Source: the human T2T-CHM13v2.0 reference genome, Homo sapiens. From it: 64,000 nucleotides of DNA. This document shows positions 54,686-64,000 of this stretch, one piece after another. The stretch lies in assembly GCF_009914755.1 (NCBI RefSeq), contig NC_060938.1. The stretch is one strand, 5' to 3'. Numbering within the stretch: the first letter of the stretch is position 1; the number at the start of each line of letters is the position of its first letter. A model generated the notes under the pieces. The model had not been told where the DNA came from and searched no databases. It worked only from the letters and a program-made list of their open reading frames with translations. The position numbers and the translations under genes were made by a program.

Positions 54686-57600
54686 GGGGGTGGTGCGTTT
54701 GTACGGAGCAGTGAAAAGGGATGAGAGAGGCGCCAGTCTTTTGAGCTCACCCTGGGAGGAGAATGCTGGCTGTGCCCTTTGAGAACTCAGTTCTCTTCTT
54801 GGGGCCTCCCCTCTCCAAGCCCAGAGTCCTCTTCTTCCAGGTAAAGAGATGTGCTGAAGGAGCTGGTCTGAGAGATGAGTGTGATCCTGGATCAAGGACA
54901 GATTTTGGAATAGGGTCAGTACTGTTCAACCCTTAAAGATTCATATAAAACCAACCACACACCCAGGCCATCTAAATAGTCATTTACCCTTTCAGACACA
55001 TTGAAACAACAGCTGAATGTAATAATGACAGTGACTTCAAACAATACTGGATCCATCCAATGTTTATTGTAGTTCAGAACATCCACCATGGTTACAGGGA
55101 AGCTCACTGTCCCTGGAAGTGGGTCATTTTTTAAAAGCACCTGAGAGCTGTCCTTCTGTGTCCTTTTGAAATTTGGGATTCTGTCTGAGATCGTAGGAGA
55201 AGGTAGTGGGACATATCTCCATACTTCTCAATGTGTGACCTTGAAGATGTGTCCTGGCCTCTAAACACTTCTGATTGAAAATATGTAGATTGGGGATTGC
55301 AGTGAGAACTTCAGACAAAAACTCCGTAACAGGTCAGCACTGGAGGATAGTCTCATGAAGATCATGAAGATTAGTGCGATTACCTTTCCTGGGAACCAGA
55401 GAGGAACTCTGTGACCCCTTCCCTCTGAGAGCACAAGGAACTCTGATCCTTCCCTGACAGGACACACTTGTGAAACATGGCTGGACAATGATACTCAAGC
55501 CCAGAGTCCTTACCCACATATTTATCATTTCAGATCCATCTGTCTCTGAAAGATTTTCTCCTCCATTGAATTGCATGAACATACCCTAGGATGTGCGGTA
55601 TTGCAACTTGGGCATTTGACATTAGTTTGCTGAATTATATAATAAATAATCTATCTCCATGGATGTGGGTAACAGGAGAGTCATCAGAAGTTTGATGTGT
55701 TTTAAAATCAGGACAAACCTGGGCTTTCTTGTTAGGACGTGAACAACTGGGCTGACCTGTGGGACAACAGAGGGAAAGAGACAGACCCCACACCAGAGCC
55801 AGGTGAACTCCTTACCTACTGGATGGTCTCTGGGCATTTTGTTTGAACAGATTGAGAAGGACCTTCCTCACTCTCAGAATTATGAACATTGAAGGAATTT
55901 GAGATAAATTTTTATTTACAGAGAACAATTCATAGGCTTGTAGACATCTATGTGGGTGTGTACAGGGTTGCTAAGACATGCTCATACACAGAACAGAAAG
56001 AATTATATTTTGTGGAAAGAAAAACAAAGAGGTTCTGAATTTGTAGGTATTGTTTGCACAATGTGTCAGATCACTAGATCATGTTATGATGCTGGAGGTA
56101 AAACTTCCCAACATTGTCAAGGAGACAAAATGCAAAAGAGTAAAGATTCAAGTGAGATTGCTCTGAAAAATATCAGTAATGAACAGGCCAAAAGAAATGA
56201 ACCATTATGGAAAGAGAGGTAATGAAATGAAACAATAAATTCCATGTTGAGGTGACAGGGAAGTTCCATCTGAAAGCTCATTTTCACCTCTGCGGGTACT
56301 GAGTGCCCCCTGCCACCCAGCTCCCACCCTGAAGGGAGGTTTCTGTCTGAGCTCTGTGAGTGAGCTGGAGTCATTGTGAGCCATTTAGAAAAGCAGCTGT
56401 GTGCCAGGGTGTATGGAGTCCTCCTGAGTTAAGAGGTGCTGAATATATATCAGTTTCACTGCCGTCATTGTGTTTTATTCTCTGGACTCTCTTGATGTCC
56501 AGATTTGAACACATGGAGCATTGAAGGAACTCATCGTGACTGGGAACTTTTCAGTGAAGATGCAGGTAACATGTGGGTGTGATTAAATTTGGGTGGTGAA
56601 AATATTATTATCAAAAATTTCGAAGTCAGTACCTATTAATTTTTCTTTTTTAGATTTTACAGATGAAGACTTGCTTGGTTGTGCAGGCTGGAGTGCAGTG
56701 TCATCTATTAATTTTATAGCATAAAAATGATCAGCCCAATTTATGTAGTCATGTTATATCCATCAAGGATTTAGGTCCATGTGGCCTGTGACATAGCTCT
56801 AGTCACAGAGTGAAGAGAGGTGGTTTGTTGAGTTGATGCTGCTTCTTCAGAGGGGAATTTAAACAATCAACTCCTCACCTTACCCAGTCTATTTTCATAT
56901 CTATGCATAACCCTTGGGAATGCAGTCACCATTTCTTACATAATGGGAGTTGACTGTGCTGTGAAGGTAACAAGAAGACATGTAAATTTCCAGTCTGGGT
57001 ACATGAACTGCTGAATTACAAAGCCTGGAGCCAATCACATTCTGGCATCTTGTTTAATTAGTTGTGAATTTGTTTTCAGTTGTTTAGTTCAAGTTCCCAT
57101 AATTCACTTTCTGCTAAAATAGTCATATACGATAATCTTGAGATATTACATTGAAAAAAATAACTAATTTGAAAATGAACCCAGCTTCCAGGAGAGGTGA
57201 AAATTCCTTTGTGGCGAAGGGTGTGAAGGGTGGAGACATGGCTGAATACCGAGGTTGTGTTCACAATTGTTTCATTTTAATTAGGGGAAGCTTTATACAT
57301 CCTTTCTATTTATTAGAAACTCCCATTGAGAACCTTGAACTAACATAATTTGCTGATGGATTACACAAAAACAATGAAGCTGAAGGTTTTTAAGCAGGAA
57401 TTGCTATTACAACATTAGCTTTCCTTTATAACGCGTTCCTCTACCTGATGTGAAATTAGCCCAGGTGCACTGATGAGAGCTTGTCAGTTAAGCAAAGACC
57501 AGGAAATGGGCTCACATGTATCTAGAACAGGGCATGGATTTGGGATGCTTTGCTAACAAAGTGGCTTCTCACGTCTTCTGGAAAACCCATCAAAATGGGC

Positions 57601-57745
57601 AAGTTAAGGATCTCTTAGGAGCACCTGTCTACCCCAAGTTCTTAGCTAATATAAAAGTAGAAGATGATGCAAAATGAGATCATATGGAAGTTAAAGAAAC
57701 TGCTGCACCACTGCCTCAGCTCAGCACAGCTGCCTCCTCCCTCGG

Positions 57746-57987
57746 GGTTTCTGACTCCCTCGGGATGTGGGTTTCCACACTGTGTCTCTCATACAGTCAT
57801 ACACGGCCGTGTCCTCAGCCTTTAGGCTGCTGATCTGCAGATACGCCATGCTGACAGAGGTGTCCATGGAGAATAGAAACCGTCCTGTGAAGCCGTTGGT
57901 ATATGTTGGGTTCCCAGTGTAGGTGATGATCCATCCCATCCACTCAAGCCCTTGTCCAGGGGCTGGTCACACTGAATTCATACCATA
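57746..57987 (-). pseudogene. IGHV7-40: 5'-truncated IGHV7 pseudogene with RSS (CACAGTG-23-TCAGAAACC at 57784-57746)
   Basis: [53 protein letters not shown]1, leader and promoter are absent and L1 sequence abuts directly. Confidence 0.88.
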
Positions 57988-59645
57988 CTGGCTGCATAGT
58001 ATTCCATGATTTACATATATCATATTTTATCTAATCATCCACTGATTGACACTTAGATTATTTGACTTTTCTATTGAAAATGGTGTTGAAATAAACATAT
58101 GAGTGCAGGCAACATTCTCTGATATAAAAGTTTGGGAGGAACATGCCTACTGGGACAGCTTACTGGAAGAAATGGTAATTCTAATTTTAGTTCTTTGAGA
58201 AATTTCTATGTTGTTTTTCATGGAGGTTGTACTAATTTACATTCTCACCAAGCATATATAAATCATTATTTTTCCTATGTTTGTCTGCAAACACCTGCTG
58301 TTTTTATTTGTAATAACAGCCATTCTGACTGGTGGAAGATGCCGTATCATGTTGTTTCTAATTTACATTTATCAGATGATTGGTGATGCTGAGTATATTT
58401 TCTTATTTGTGTTGGCCACTTCTGTGTATTCTTTTGATAAATGTCTGTTTATGTCTATTCTTTAATGAAGTTATTTGTAATTTTTAGTTGACTTATTTGA
58501 GTTACTTGTAGATTCTATATATTAGCCCTTTGCAAGATGAATAGATTCCAGATATTTTTTCCATTTGCAGATTGTCTGGTCACCATGTTGGTTATTTCTT
58601 TTGCTGTGCAGAAGACCTTTAGTTCAACTAAATCCTGTTTGTCTACTTCTGTTTTTATTGCATTTGCTTTTGAAGTCTTAGTCATATATTGTTTGCTTAG
58701 ACCAATGTCCAGAGGACTCTTTTTAGATTTTATTCAAGTATTTTTATAGTTTTAGTTTATAAATTTAAACACTGAATCCATATTCAGTTAATTTGTGTCT
58801 ACGGTGATATGGAAGTCTAGTTCTATTCTTCCACATAAGCCACCTAATTTTCCCGGCACCACTTATTGAATAGAGGGTTGTTTCTCCAGTGTATATTTTT
58901 GTCAGTTTTGTCAAACAACAGTTGGTTTTAGATATTTGGCTTTCTTTCTGGGCTATTTTTTTCTACTAGTAGCATGCTGTCTTTCTTATTATATTCATGT
59001 AGTATAATTTGAGGTCAGAGAATGTGGTGCTTCCAGCTTCGGTCTTTTTGCTTAGGATTGCTTTTGCTATTCAGACTCTTTTTTGATTCTATAGGAATTT
59101 TAGTATTTTTTTTCTAAATATGTAATCAATTATATTGGTCATTTGATAAAAATAGAGTTGAATCTGTGTAATGCTTTGGACGGTGTGTTAGTCTCTTTTG
59201 CATTCCTATAAATTAATACCTGAGGCCAAGTGATTTACAAAGAAAAGAGGCACATTTGGCTTACAGTTCTGAAGGCTGTGTGAGAAGCATGGCACCAGGA
59301 TCTACTTTACAATCATGATGGAAGGCAAAGGGGGAACAGGCTATGTCACATGGTGAGAGCTGGGACATGAGTGGCAAGAAGGGTTGCCAGACTCTTTTTA
59401 ACAATCAGATCTCATAGTAGCTAACACAGCAAGAATTCACTAAGTGCCATGGGGTGGTTCCCAAGCCATTCCTGAAGGATCTTTCCCCATGACCCAAAAC
59501 CTCCCAGTCGGTCCCACCTCCAACATTGAGAATCACATTTCACCATGACATTTGGAAGGGAAAACATCTAAACTATATCATTGCACTCTCGAGCCCAAAA
59601 TTCTCATGTCCTTGCATTGCAAAATATGATCATCTTTTTTCAGTA

Positions 59646-62718
<3,073 letters not shown>

Positions 62719-64000
62719 AAAAAGTCTTAACTTGGTCAGCCTCCAACTCAAATGTCTAAAGTCTCATCTGAGTCTTAAGGCAATTTCCCTCCATCTGTGA
62801 GCTTGCAAAATTAAAAAAAAAAACATTGCAAATGTTGTGTATTCCAAGGTACAATTATGGTACAGGCATTGGGTAAATTATTCCAATCCAAAATAGATAA
62901 ATTGGCCAAAGGAATGGCCAACAGCGCTCCCCCACCCCCACACACACATATAACCCAGTAGAGCAGATATTAAATCTTAAAGTTACAGAATAACCTCTCT
63001 CAAATTTATGTAATTCAACCAGGGCACAGTGGGACAAGGGTTGGCTCCCCAAAACCTCAGGCAGCCCATCACTGTAGTTTTGCTGGGCGCAGTCCTTGGG
63101 GCTCCATTCATGAGTCAGAGTCAAGTGCTGTAAGCTTTTCTAGGCTGAGGGTGCAAGTTGCCCATGGATCTACCATTCTGCAGTCTTGAGATCTGTGGCC
63201 ACATTCCCACAGTTCCACTATGTAGTGCCCCAGTGTGGACTTTGAATGGGGGCTCCAACCCCATCTTTCCACATCTTTGGCACTGCCCTAGTAGAGGCTC
63301 TCTGTGGTGGCTCCACTCCTGCAGCAAGCTTTTTCCTGGGCACATAGGGCTCTCTGCACATCTGAAATCAAGGTAGAAACTGCCCAGCCTCCTTCACTGT
63401 TGCATTCTGCATATCTGCCCGAATCCAGGTCTCCCAGCACTATTTACTGAATACGGAGTTTTTTTTTTTTAATCTATGGCTTGATTCTTGTCAACCTTAT
63501 CAAATGTCAAATGGTTTAGGTGTGTAGCTCTATTTCTGTTTTCTGTTTTGTTCTTTTTTTTTTCTGTGTGTCTGCTCTTGCACCAGTACCAAGCTGTTTT
63601 TCTTACTTTGTAATGTTAAATCTGGTAGCATGATGCCTCTGGCATTGATCTTTTTGTTTAGGATTGCTTTGGCTATTCAGGGTCTTTCTTGGTTCCATAT
63701 ATATTTTAGAATATGTATGGGTTTTTTAATTCTGTGAAGAATGATGGTAATAATTTGATGGAAATAACATCGAATCTGCAAATTACTTTGGGCAGTATGA
63801 CCATTTTGGCAATATTGATTCCTCCAATCCAGGAGCATGAAATGTTTTTTTCCATTTATTTGTGTCATTTATGATTTATTTCTGCAGTGTTTTGTTGTTC
63901 TCCTTGAAGAGATCTTTCATCTTGTTTGTTACCTGCATTCCTAAGCATGTCATTTTCTTTGAAGATATTGTACATGGGATAGGACTGTGTTCTTGATTTT

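Overview
Human (hominoid) immunoglobulin heavy-chain variable (IGHV) locus, consistent with 14q32.33. All V segments are on the minus strand, so the D-J-C end lies toward lower coordinates. In order along the window: IGHV(II)-33-1 (partial, pseudogene), IGHV3-33-2 (pseudogene), IGHV4-34 (functional), IGHV7-34-1 (pseudogene), a very decayed V relic with its own 23-RSS at ~10.86-11.18 kb that I cannot name, IGHV3-35 (ORF), IGHV3-36 and IGHV3-37 (pseudogenes), IGHV3-38 (ORF), IGHV(III)-38-1 (pseudogene), IGHV4-39 (functional) and IGHV7-40 (5'-truncated pseudogene). Names come from recalled germline sequences plus gene order and were not checked against a database. The window contains two internal duplications: the 4-34/7-34-1 block versus the 4-39/7-40 block, and the 3-37 cassette versus the 3-38 cassette. 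It also holds many L1, Alu and LTR elements and a ~7 kb non-Ig block (31-38 kb) with two CpG islands and a retroviral env relic. The most interesting signals are: (1) a ~27-unit tandem array of co-oriented CTCF core motifs directly behind the intact RSS of IGHV(III)-38-1, apparently an amplified form of the single CTCF-like site behind most RSSs here; (2) the unnamed V relic; (3) a consensus phase-1 splice donor inside both VH4 RSS spacers; (4) the CpG-island block with exon-like structure. Most short ORFs in the supplied track are spurious.
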